A DNA stretch of 64,000 bases from Rhynchopus sp. YZ270_cl-10 (taxonomy: Eukaryota), in the NCBI GenBank assembly GCA_964035575.1, contig OZ037840.1, positions 310,001-374,000 of the forward strand. Direction: 5' to 3'. The notes under the pieces were generated by a model that did not search any database, was not told the origin of the DNA, and saw nothing but the letters and a program-made list of their open reading frames with translations. The position numbers were made by a program, and so were the translations under genes. Below, piece by piece: positions 48,422 through 60,113 of this stretch (positions are counted from its first letter, which is position 1; each line of letters begins with the position of its first letter).

Positions 48422-49198
48422 ACTTTAATGATGATGCTGCAGATGGCGAGGGCACGTTCTCTGATGTTAGAGTTGTGTCGTGCGAGACATGCCATGTGGA
48501 ATCTCTCCACACAGGCAAGTTGTTCATGCAAATGCCAAACAATTTGGCAATAAATGATTTAGTTTTCGCCGTTTGCAAAGGGGGTCTTCAGTGCAAGGAC
48601 TGCTTCTGCACTTATTCAACAGCAAAGCGAACCTCGCCGTGCTCCCCTCCACACCCCTTACTGCGACCGTGCATAAGACAGACACTAAATTGCCATGCTT
48701 CAAGAGCATGCCTGGGCCAAAATTCCTGCAAAAAATGCAACAAGACCACTCACAAGTAGTGTGAATTGTGCATTGGTTTGTTGGGGGAACGCAATATTTT
48801 CTTGTGTCCACTCCTCTGCAAGCAGAGGACAGGCTACCCGGATTACAAAGTCGAATTTCGTGCACAAGAACCCCACACAGGAATTTGGGGTGACGGTAAA
48901 AACCCGAAAAAGCAGGCTGGCGCCCCCCATAATGTACAGCGTTGTACTTGGGAAAGAGGGGTAGGTGTGGGAATCGACAATTTTGCACTTTTGACCACCT
49001 ACAATTTACATCTTGCCGGTCTTACGGCTTTTAGAAACGCCGCAATGGCCATCATACCAATATCCAATATTGATTCTCAGAACTGCAGAAGTCCTCTAAA
49101 ACCATACCAAACCACCTAGAGGACCCAAAAAACGCACCATCACCCCAAGTTTAACACAGAAACATTCAGATGATGCTTGAAATGCAATTTTCAAAATA

Positions 49199-49614
49199 CA
49201 GTAGGACAAGTAATATTGGCGACCAAAAAAGTCGCCAATTGCAAGAAAACCCTCAAAATCCGCCAATATTTTTTGGTCGCCAAGTTACTTGGTGGGAAAG
49301 CGGTTCTTATTGGTACAAAAAGCACAAGTACAAAAAAGGTGCCCCTTTAGTGCACCAGGTGCAGTGTATCTTTCAAGAAAGTCGAATAATAGCTACACGC
49401 CACGTATTCATGCAGCCACCCAAAAACACACATGGTGAGTCGAAGGGAGGACACAAAAACTTTACCAAACATAGCGAAAAAATCAACTTCCCACCAATGT
49501 GACTAAGAACCACTATCCTACCAATTAATATTGGCGACCAAAAAAGTCGCCAATTGCAAGAAAACCCCCAAAATCCGCCAATATTTTTTGGTCGCCAAGT
49601 TTCTTGTCCTACTG
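49199..49614. mobile_element. Tc1/mariner-type MITE
   Basis: Perfect TIR CAGTAGGACAAG; TA TSD; ~75-bp subterminal direct repeat. Confidence 0.9.
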
Positions 49615-49933
49615 TAGAAAAAGAAAAAAACGCGCGGGACAGAACTTGTACCTGGGGCGCTTTATGAGAGACCAGAACATGGAAATCTAGTTAAAAAAAA
49701 GTGATGAAAATGCATCAAAAATGATCAAATGGCGCACTACCAGCCTACCGCCTCGCACGCGAACGTAACCTTCGTGAACGTGCAGACAGCACAGCGACGC
49801 AAGAAGTGGCTGCGGCCGTCTGTGCCAGTGTCCGTCCACCGCGTTCAGGTCGTTTACCCACGTGTACATTTTGAGTCAGCCTTGCTGACAATCAGGAGAC
49901 CTCGCCGTCTCTGTGTCATTCCACACATCATCC

Positions 49934-52900
49934 TATACGTAAGCCACCCATGAGAACCATGGAAGGACACCCACCCATGTCTGTGGTTGCCTGCCACAAC
50001 TCACCCCACAACTCTCACCAACGAAGTGCCGAATGCCCCAATTGCCCAACCCAACCCACGAACGACACAAGAGCTCCATGTGGGCACTATGTAACACACA
50101 TTTGCACACCGGTGATAAGGTCCCCAACTCATGCAGGCGGGAAGGTGTCCCGACACTGGCCGGAGATAGGGTGCATGACGCACCCCTGCCAGAGGACGGG
50201 TGCCCATATGAGAAGGAAGAAGACCCTTGCCCAACCCAACGTACCAAGTGTATGAGGTGTGGGAGGTGAGGCAAGAAGGCGAGAGAAGCGTCTGCACCAC
50301 ATCACTGCCAAGGTGTCGGCAGTCGACACATGGCGTGCGAAGAGGTGCAGGCTCCAGAAGACTGCGCCAAACATGCCGACCAGGACACAAACCCTCGCTG
50401 CCTGCAGGTCTCAACCACACGACCCCTCTGGACTGCAACGAACAAAGCACAACACGCACATCTACCTTCCTCCACAGCCACCACAGTGGTTTCTCCTCGT
50501 CTCCTGCCGACACCCACACAACATCCCTCCCAACCCACCCACACCTTTTATCGACGAACTGAAGATCCTCTTCAGACTGCTTCCTTACTTCTCGCACATC
50601 TTCCCAATTGGCACCGCAAATATCGAAAGACCCTTCATCCTTCTGAAGCAGATCAAGACACATCGTGAGGAAGGGTCTCCCACAGAAGACAACCTTTCCA
50701 ACGTTGATATGATCTAGCTCTCTCAACGCACCTCATACAAAGATACGTTTGGAAGTCCATAAGAGGTGATGCAGCGCTGCCTGTCAACATGGTGGAGTAA
50801 GGAATGCCACCTGATGTACGCTCCCTGGGAAGAGCACATGGAGGTGTTGGACAAAGCCGTCTTCATGCAGAAGGTCATGAGGGAGAATACACGGGTAGCA
50901 TATGACGTCTTTGAAGAGGTGGGGGAGAAAAGGGCGAGAACTGAATAATTATTTTGTTACTGTTGTGCAGCTAAGAATTTATCACGTTTTGGGTACTTTT
51001 TTCACACCAAAATTTTGAGGGGCTGGTCTGCCGACCTTGTGCACTCTAAATTTGCAATGCAAATACGTAAGCCACCCATGAGAACCATGGAAGGACACCC
51101 ACCCATGTCTGTGGTTGCCTGCCACAACTCACCCCACAACTCTCACCAACGAAGTGCTGAATGCCCCAATTGCCCAACCCAACCCACGAACGACACAAGA
51201 GCTCCATGTGGGCACTATGTAACAGACATTTGCACACCGGTGATAAGGTCCCCAACTCATGCAGGCGGGAAGGTGTCCCGACACTGGCCGGAGATAGGGT
51301 GCATGACGCACCCCTGCCAGAGGACGGGTGCCCATATGAGAGGAAGAAGACCCTTGCCCAACCCAACGTACCAAGTGTATGAGGTGTGGGAGGTGAGGCA
51401 AGAAGGCGAGAGAAGCGTCTGCACCACATCACTGCCAAGGTGTCGGCAGTCGACACATGGCGTGCGAAGAGGTGCAGGCTCCAGAAGACTGCGCCAAACA
51501 TGCCGACCAGGACACAAACCCTCGCTGCCTGCAGGTCTCAACCACACGACCCCTCTGGACTGCAACGAACAAAGCACAACGCGCACATCTACCTTCCTCC
51601 ACAGCCACCACAGTGGTTTCTCTCTCACACAACATCCCTCCCAACCCACCCACACCCAGACCCACACTCACCCTCCACTGCAGTGCAGCACCACACCTGC
51701 CCACCTCCTTCCACACCGCAGCACATGCCTGCCTGCCAAGAGAGCACCACCCCACACGACTGCACCAATCACGGAGCTCCCTCTCACTCCCCCAATCCCT
51801 TCTCACGCCATCCAACCACATGCCACTGAGCGGCTGAGGCACCTCCTGTCTTCCACCCACCACCCCTTTGCAAGCGCAGTACAGCGCCACACGCTGCCAA
51901 CCTGTGCAAGGCTTGACTGCCCACACCCACCCACACCCCTTCACACTCCTGCCAGTGTCGCAGACGTACCAGCCACACCTTCCCTCAACCCCATCCTCCT
52001 CACACCTCCCTCTCCTCACACCACCCTAGTCCTGTTCATGTGGTGCACGTCTGCGCCTGCAACCCTCCACCTTGCATCCCACACACTTCTCTTCACCTCC
52101 CTCTCCTCACGCACACCCCACACCTCCTTCATCAGGATTCTCACTTTTGATTCCGAATGTGAACCTTTTTGGCTTTGGGAACACGAATACCATTTGAACA
52201 TAAACAAGACTGCACGCTCTCTTCATCTTACAGACCCAATCCCCCACCAGCACCACGAGGTAACCAACCTCTGACACTGATCCAAACACCTTGACAGGGG
52301 TTGGCTGCAGGACAGATTTCCTAAGTGCGATCAAAAAAGAACCCAGGGACCAGCCTCCCCCCGTTAAAAACTGCACACCTCACCCCAGGTGGCAGAGCTC
52401 CTCTGGGTGCAACATGTGGTCGTTTCACACTGAAAACGACAACCAAAAAAAAAGGTATGAGGAAACCGTCCATCCCTGGCTAAGGTCCAGGTTCCACTGG
52501 ACTTTGCCATTCGGGACTTTCGGTACTCCTTGGTGCAGAGCATCCGTTGTGGCACCGTGAAGAGAACTCCCCCTCCCCACCAGCGTGTCCCCAACATCCC
52601 AACAGCGCACCAGCATTAACACACCCGACTGTGCCGTCCCGCAGCTGAGATGCCTCACGCCGTCTCCACACCCACACCCACCTGCACCGCTGCCACATGG
52701 CGAGACCTAGGCACAGGGCACGCCACTCTTCATCCGTGAGGCTGCACCCGTGCAGTGCGCCCAACCCAACGTACCAAGTGTATGAGGTGTGGGAGGTGAG
52801 GCAAGAAGGCGAGAGAAGCGTCTGCACCACATCACTGCCAAGGTGTCGGCAGTCGACACATGGCGTGCGAAGAGGTGCAGGCTCCAGAAAACTGCGCCAA

Positions 52901-53175
52901 ACATGCCGCCCACGACACAAACCCTCGCTGCCTGCAGGTCTCAACCACACGACCCCTCTGGACTGCAACGAACAAAGCACAACACGCACATCTACCTTCC
53001 TCCACAGCCACCACAGTGGTTTCTCCTCGTCTCTTGCCGACACGCACACAGCATCCTCCCAACCCACCCACACCCACACTCACCCTCCACTGCAGTACAG
53101 CCCATACCTGCCCACCTCCTCCCACACCGCAGCACATGCCTGCCTGCCAAGAGAGCACCACCCCACACGACTGCT
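49934..53175 (+). repeat. Three partial direct copies of a Cys/His-rich coding-like segment (~49934-50540, ~51062-51770, ~52758-53175)
   Basis: Near-identical blocks such as CCCAACCCAACGTACCAAGTGTATGAGGTGTGGGAGG; frames broken by stops and indels. Confidence 0.9.
50545..51048 (+). pseudogene. hAT transposase C-terminal (dimerisation-domain) fragment with probable right end
   Basis: FPIGTANIERPFILLKQIKTHR matches the hAT consensus P.S.A..ER.FS.LK.IKT..R; continues with frameshifts to a stop at 50948; GTGCACTCTA resembles a TAG-type hAT terminus. Confidence 0.7.
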
Positions 53176-54926
53176 ACTCTCCCCCAGAGTCCTCCCCTCC
53201 CCTCCCCTTCACTCCTCCCTTCAACCCACCTCCATCAACGAGCTGAGCGACCTCCCTCCCCACCCCCACCCCTCAAGCTGAAATACAGACAGGACACAAC
53301 CTTCAGTCCCTGCCGCACCCTACCCTGATGGTGCCTCACGCCGTCTCCCCCACCCCCCACACCTATCCTTACCCATTCACACTGCAGCCCTGAACAATGC
53401 AATATCGGCAATTTAAGACGAAGAATACTCAATGAGAGTGGGTGATGTGCAGATCTTGGTTGTAGCGAATATTCAATGGAGAACAGTATTGAAAGACCGA
53501 ATGTGGAGAAGGTTTCCCTGCGTCAACAGCATTTTTTGGACAGTGGGGTCAGTCGGTCCTAAGGCAAAGGTGTTAATTGCTCGCCTCAAAAGCTACGATG
53601 TCGCATCTCGGTGCTTCGTTGTAGGATTGCTGGGAAAAGCATGGACATTCCGCTACATGAAATGCAGAGAAATGAACACACATTGGCTATCCTGTTGACC
53701 ATTTTTCCACTGCCCCCACATAAGCACCTAAGGACTGACTGACTATATGAACTAATACAAGATGCGCTGTATCATCGACTGTAAACACTGAAGAAAAACC
53801 AAGCCGAGATAGCTGACAGACGAGGAATAAAAAAGTGAGGGTGGAGGTAGGGCGGGGTGGGTGAGGGGTTGTTGTACTTGCCCTACATTTTTTTTTCCGT
53901 TTCCTCCATTTTTGCCTTTTTTGCTCTTTTTTCCCCCTCACTCAGCCACTCTTCTTATTGACCTCATTTTTTATTTTCGCAAATTTTGGTTGTGTTTCTT
54001 TTTTTTTTCCCCGTCAGTGTTGGTTCAGACACTGAGGTTTTGATGACTTATTGTACACTCATTTTTTTTTTCTTCTTTTTCTCCCATCTTTTCTTGCTTG
54101 GCTTTATCAGCAAAGCGTTGACCCCCTTTCATGCACAAGAGAGACGTGCGTGGTGTGATAACAAGACCTTTTTATACATGAGACAGACACAATAAAATAC
54201 CCCCCCCTTTCCCCCTACCCGAGTGGTTGGCTGTATTGTGATAACTGCTCATAATGCATAACACATATCACAATACAGCTGAGAAAAAAATAAAAGAAAA
54301 AAAAAAAAAGAAAAAAGAAAAATTAAACATAAATCAAAGGTCTTGCAGGACACACGCAGCGTCTTCTGCATTTGGTACACATTTTGGAGTACTTTATTTT
54401 CTTTTTTTTTTTGATAATGTTTGATATAGTGTAGCTTCCTTGCTGACCTTCTTTCAACAAAATTTAAAAAAAAAACTCCCCCCCCCCCCATTTTTTTTAT
54501 TTGCCTCACACAGCGACCACGCCAGGGGAGACAGGGCTTTGAGAAAGAAAAATGCGATTTCTTTTTTTTGAGAGTAAGAGGGCAATAGTGGTAGGCACAC
54601 AAGGCACATGTGAAAAAAGTGCAAAAAAAAAAGAGAAAAGTTTATAGATGAACCTAAGCCTCTCGTGCTTAGCCACCTAAAAAGGGGGGTGGGGGCTGGG
54701 CCAGGCGTTTTTTTGCACGGGGGTGGTCTTTTTCACCTTCGAAAGATTGGATTTTTAAACATCCGAAAAAAGAAAATAAATACGATGGCACGCATGGACC
54801 ATGCCAGTTGTACCCCCGGGTAACCTGCCAAATAACATGATTTTTTACGTCCATTTTATGCAAAAAGGGTGTCACCGTTTTAGCATAATACGTAATAAGG
54901 GGAAATGGCACGCTACCCGGGTCATA

Positions 54927-55037
54927 CATGACGGTGAAGTAAATGACTTGACTTGCGGTTTTACTTCTGGTTTCACCCTTTGGGTTACAACAGTAAAATC
55001 ATAAAACCACAATAGATCATTGACTTCACCCGTTGTG
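54927..55037. mobile_element. CA(C/T)GACGGTGAA MITE
   Basis: Inverted ends flanked by TA; inverted relative at 55949-56059. Confidence 0.7.
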
Positions 55038-55948
55038 TATGGCCATCAGGTCCCCTCCCTCCCCCTTTTCCAACCCCATATCGATGAAAGATGGGTGCTC
55101 ATCTTGGCAAACAAAAACTAAACCAGGGATATAAGAAAGAACCCTACACTCAGGGTAGAGGGAAGAGATACATTGTGATTGGAAACAAAAAATAATCATC
55201 GAGATTTTTAAAAAAATGTTGGACCGAAAAAAGGTTTGGGATTTTTTTGAGAAATGGAACTTTTTCTCCCAACATTTTATAACTACCGCTAATAAGAATG
55301 CAATGCAGTTGAAGCAGGCTCACATTTTTGATACCAACCCCAAAGCGCAGCAAAAAAAAACAGGGGGTTGATGTGCGCAACAGGCTATGGCAATATAGAT
55401 GAGAGTTCGGCCCGAAATCTGATTTCAAAACACATACGCATGCTGGGAAGTATTCTACTCTTAGCAACAACCCACACATGCTTTCAAAAACACACACACA
55501 CACGCACTTCATACTTGGCATGCTAATGCATGCAGGGCCAGAAAAAAAAAACATTTGTGGAGAGAAAAAAGCGATAGTTTCGAAAAAAAATTAGTACAGA
55601 CGTTTCTATGGATGCAGATATGGGCATCCTAATATGTCCGCACAACAGCTCAGGCACAGTGCAAACAGGTTGGATACTGTTTTTTTTTTGTTTTTTAAAC
55701 AACCTTTTTTTACCATTCCTTTTTTTAGGGAACGGGGCCTGCACGGTCCTGGAAGCTCCAAGAAAAAAAAATATGGAGTTGGGCGGGGCGAAAGAGATTC
55801 CTTCCTAAACGTACACAACTGACGAAAAAAGGGTGTCGGCGCTCACCTATAGCTCTTTGTTTTGCTGTCGTTGTACCCACAAATTCTCACGCAGAGATGG
55901 CTCTCTCACATAGAAACTAAAAAGGGGAGAGGGGTGCTAGGATACCTG

Positions 55949-56059
55949 CACGACGGTGAAGGAAATGAGTTGGGTTGTGGTTTTACTTCTGGTTTTACTG
56001 TTGTAAGCCAACGGTGAAACCAGAAGTAAAACCACCAAGTCGTTTACTGCACCGTCGTG
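55949..56059. mobile_element. CACGACGGTGAA MITE
   Basis: TIR CACGACGGTG / CACCGTCGTG; internal hairpin GGTTTTACTTCTGGTTT..AAACCAGAAGTAAAACC. Confidence 0.75.
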
Positions 56060-57748
56060 TACAGACAGCACACCGTAACCTAAGAGTGTAGGCAGAGATG
56101 GGATGATTGGGTGCTCTGGTCTGACGTTTTTTTTTTTTTTTTTCTTTTTTAAAATTTTTTTCCACACAATACCCAACCCAACCATAACTGATATGTAAAG
56201 AAGGCACAGCACAACATGATACAGCACGGTCACGAGAGGGGGGTTTAGGATCCCCCTTTCATGATCTCCAAAAAAAAAAAAATAAAAATAGAGTAAAATA
56301 AAAAAGACATAATAAAAGATGTGGGGGATCCTTGGGTGGGGTGGGATGGGGATGGGAAATGACAAAACGTTCGCGCAAGCGATGTGGGGGCATTGGGGCA
56401 ACAGGGCTCACGCTAAATATTGCAACTTATTCAGAAAACCGAAACTGGGTGCAAAAAAACGTACCTGTAGGAGTTTTTATTTAAAAAAGGAACCTGACAC
56501 TACTTGGGGGAGTACAAGGAGAGTCAACGAAAGAGTGTGTATTTTTGTATTTTTTTTTTTCCCCGTTGCGCCAAAACAGGAAACCAAAACCCTGTAGGGC
56601 AAATGGTTGTGATTAGTGGCGCAGTCACCATCCTTTTTATATGACAACAAAACAAAAAGTTTGATCAAAAGAAAAATAAAGAAAAGAAAAAATCAAAAAA
56701 AAAAATATCAAAACAGGGTAGGGCGGGTAGGGGTGAGAGTGAAATATTACTTTTTTGAAATCTCGGCAATGGAGTCGTACAGACACTCAAAAATGCTCAC
56801 CCACTGCAATTTATTTTATTTTGGTTTCTTTGGCACACAACTGCCAAACATAGACTAGCTGCGCTACCCAGAATAAAAACGGAACAAATCGCATCTGAGC
56901 AAAACCCATCTCGAGTTATCTTACTGTGGTTCGTTCGTTATATGGAGTGACTCTTTCGTTCGTCTTCTTCTTTTCTTTTTTTTTTTTTGTAAATCAAGGT
57001 ACTTGACAATAGGAAATAGAAACGACGGAAGGTGCGTGCCCGCCAGCTTGTGTTTTCTCACTCATTATTTTTTCTCTCTCATACAACACACACTTCAGCG
57101 AAAAAACACAACAAGCTTGCGGAGCGATAAACGAAAAAGTTGTTTTTCATTGTTTTCTTTTTATTCAGAACCGAAAGTTAGTTTCTATTTTTGAAAACTT
57201 CGTTGCATTAGTGTAGACCCCCAGGATGAGCTCCGTTACACTACATTTCTTTTGCTTTTTTTTGATATTTTTTTTACGCACACTACTTCGTGAGCGGAAA
57301 AGTGTCACGTCGTTCATTCACCCCCGTGTGGAAGCGTCAACGCATCAAACAACTATAAGAAGGGGGGTGGAAACAACAAATAACACCTTTTTTTTTTATA
57401 ATCTGTTTAGTATCGCTGCCGTACAAGACAGTCGTCACTACCAATAGTAATTTTTCGTTTTTTTTTTTTTCTTTTTTCTGTTTCGAACAATGGTTATAGA
57501 AAGGTGTGAACAAACGGGTGAGCATGTACACTGCTCTAAATGAGTCGGGCCTTCAAAAGATTCACACACACACACACACACAATGGGAAGACGGCACACA
57601 ACCACTACATCAACGTCACGACCCTGCAGGGGGATGTCAGCCGTGACGTGATCCCCTTTGGGGGCTGTATTCCGCGCAAGAATTACCCCTTTATGCACCT
57701 GGGAAGACTTTTTTGGACGGCCTGGCACTTGTATGGACAGCATTTATT

Positions 57749-57831
57749 GGCCTCAAACTCCATTTCTCGGCCTCAAACTCCATTTCTCGGCCTAGGCCGA
57801 GAAATGGAGTTTGAGGCCGAGAAATAGAGTT
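57749..57831. repeat. Palindrome built from 21-bp units
   Basis: (GGCCTCAAACTCCATTTCTC)x2-GGCCTAGGCC-GAGAAATGGAGTTTGAGGCCGAGAAAT. Confidence 0.85.
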
Positions 57832-57991
57832 TTCTTGGTACAAGGTGACCTCCATACTAACTAAACTCTCGATTTTTTTTTTTTCGCCTATAGGGCTTAT
57901 TTTGACGATTTGAGGCCATTAAAGCCAAAATTGAGCACTTTTGAGCATCTGTGGTTATCTAAAAAGTCTTCCTCGGTGCATAAAACTAGTT

Positions 57992-58110
57992 TTGCATGGC
58001 CCCGAGGCCTCGTAAGGGCCCCTCGGCCCCGAAAAAGTGCCTCGGCCCGTTAGGGGCCTTGGCACTTTTTCTGGGCCTCGGGGCCCTTACTCGGCCTCGG
58101 GGCCATGCAA
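57992..58110. repeat. Fold-back element, ~120 bp
   Basis: TTGCATGGCCCCGAGGCC-like left arm pairs with GGCCTCGGGGCCATGCAA; inner AAAAAGTGCC/GGCACTTTTT arms. Confidence 0.8.
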
Positions 58111-58269
58111 TAAATACCCATATAGTTCTCGAACACACACGCACAAACTACAAAACTTGTAAGAGAAAAAGTGCCTCTCTCTCTCGTGCACACATCTTTC
58201 ACACACACAAATGTAGAGATCGACCTAAGCCTCTCTGATCGGCCATCTGCAAAGAAACATACCATAATA

Positions 58270-58369
58270 CCGTGTTTTTGTAAAAAATATGAATCAGAAA
58301 AATTGGTCCATAAAAAAAAATCCCAAAAGGTCCATAATTAGTCTGGTCCATATTTTTTTCGAAACACGG
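58270..58369. mobile_element. Tc1/mariner-type MITE
   Basis: TA|CCGTGTTT..AAAAAATATG / CATATTTTTT..AAACACGG|TA. Confidence 0.7.
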
Positions 58370-58942
58370 TAATCAATTTCATATACTTTCCATTCAAAGT
58401 AAAGAAAGCACCAAAATATTAAGAAAAAGAAAAAAGAAAAAAAGGGGGGGGAAAGAACAGCGCGTTGATGTACATAGCACGTACATATTTCGAACGGTGT
58501 TTTTTTTTTTGCCTTGAGGGGTTTGTTTGAATAAAGTTGGAAAACAAAAAAATGGTTGATTTTCTCCTTCAGGGAGGGTTGGCAACCTTTACTTGAGTTT
58601 TTGTTGAACTTCAGGGCTTTTTTTTGGGGGGGTGGGAAGGGGGGGGGGGGGGGGGAATTGAACACATTGAGAGTAGATTTGTATGTTGTTTTTTTCTTGC
58701 TTTTTGATAGATTACGTTACCACCTGTCTGCGCTCCGTTTCATGGATCTATCATATTTTTTTCCCCTCCCCCCGTATTGTTTGGGGCCTTGGGAAGGGGG
58801 ATAGATGCTCAATGGTTTTTTTATTTTATTTTTTGATAATTTGTTGGAGTAGTGTGGTTGCCTCGGTTGTGTTGCCACATTTTGTGCAAATGTCCACTTT
58901 TTTTCTCCCATTTTTTTCTTCTTTTTTTTTTTGTACCGTGAC

Positions 58943-59573
58943 CAGGGTGTTTCCTAATTTGCTTCCGCTTCCGGGGATTTGGAAAAAATTGGCCAGGGAA
59001 AAAATTTGCGGGAAAAAATTAGGGACGTATTTAAAGTGCTTATGTTTTGGTATTTTCCCGAAAGAAGTATGTTCGCTGTTCTGGATCGCTCCAATCATTC
59101 AAATAAAGCAGTTTTCGGGAATTTTTATTTTCACCGATGTTGGGTACCGTGCGCCTGCGGCGCTGCCTGTTCCTACCAGTTTCTACAGGCAAACACTTGG
59201 CCCCCTTTACCTTACACTGACGGGTTTTGACCAAAACCAAGGACTTGTCCATTTCGTCAAATTGACCCCACCACAGAACGGACGGATTCCGGAAATGCAA
59301 ATGCCGGTGTTTTCGGGCATTTTCATGTTTTCAGGATCAGGGAGAGAAAATCTGGGTTGTGGGATTTACCTGGCCCTTTTCCTTACACTCATTTTGACCA
59401 ACACCAAGAACTTGGCCATTTCGGCAAATTGACCCCACCACAGCGCGGACGGATTCCGGAAATGCCATTCGCGGTGTGTTTTGGGCCTGAAAACCTACTG
59501 TTTCTTCAGGGAAAAAATTTGCTTCCGGATGTCGAAATTTTCCGGAAAAGTTCCGAAATTAGGAAACACCCTG
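58943..59573. mobile_element. hAT-type MITE (CAGGGTGTTTCCTAATTT TIR)
   Basis: Perfect 18-bp TIR; perfect 8-bp TSD ACCGTGAC. Confidence 0.95.
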
Positions 59574-59938
59574 ACCGTGACCGAAACAAACAGGTGATTT
59601 CCTCTGCACACCGTCGTCACTTCCAGTGACAACGTGCGTACCGTCACCTCGAGAACGAAACAGACAGAGACCACACCCTCGCATGGTACTGCACCTCTAA
59701 ACAGCATGTGTCAGGCAGGCTCTGTGGGCACATGAATTGCCATCGTGTCCCTCTGGAAGGGGCGCTGGTCGGTGCTGACGTTGTGAAATCATTTGAAAAA
59801 AGGGGGAGACTCGGGAGAAGGGTTTGGAAAGATGACACCAAGCCTTGTAACGCTTAAATTCAAAGCTTCGGGCTTAGGTTCGTCTGATAAGCTTGAGCTA
59901 TAGACTTGAGATGAAATGCGACTCTTTGGGGAGGCAGC

Positions 59939-60113
59939 TAGGTTGTAAAATTCGAATAATTCGTATAAGTAATTATACAGAATTATACGGTATTCGGCCC
60001 CCAGCAGCACCGTATAACACTGTATAATTCTGTATACTACCGTATAATACGGTAATCGTATAATACGAATAATACGGTATTCGGTCGTGGCCGCGCACGT
60101 ATAATACAACCTA
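59939..60113 (+). mobile_element. Intact TAGGTTGTA..TACAACCTA element
   Basis: 9-bp TIR, CGTATAAT repeats; uninterrupted version of 2919-6102. Confidence 0.75.

Noticed and set aside
51015..52274. 419-aa ORF as a real gene
   Set aside because: Non-ATG start, crosses repeat junctions, frame not preserved in sister copies
53432..53698. MRVGDVQILVVANIQW resembling a recombinase box I
   Set aside because: No downstream HxxR or Tyr motifs found
3461..59163. Recurrent 20-bp motif as a CRISPR repeat
   Set aside because: Dispersed on both strands at irregular kb-scale spacing, no spacers or cas genes, eukaryotic context
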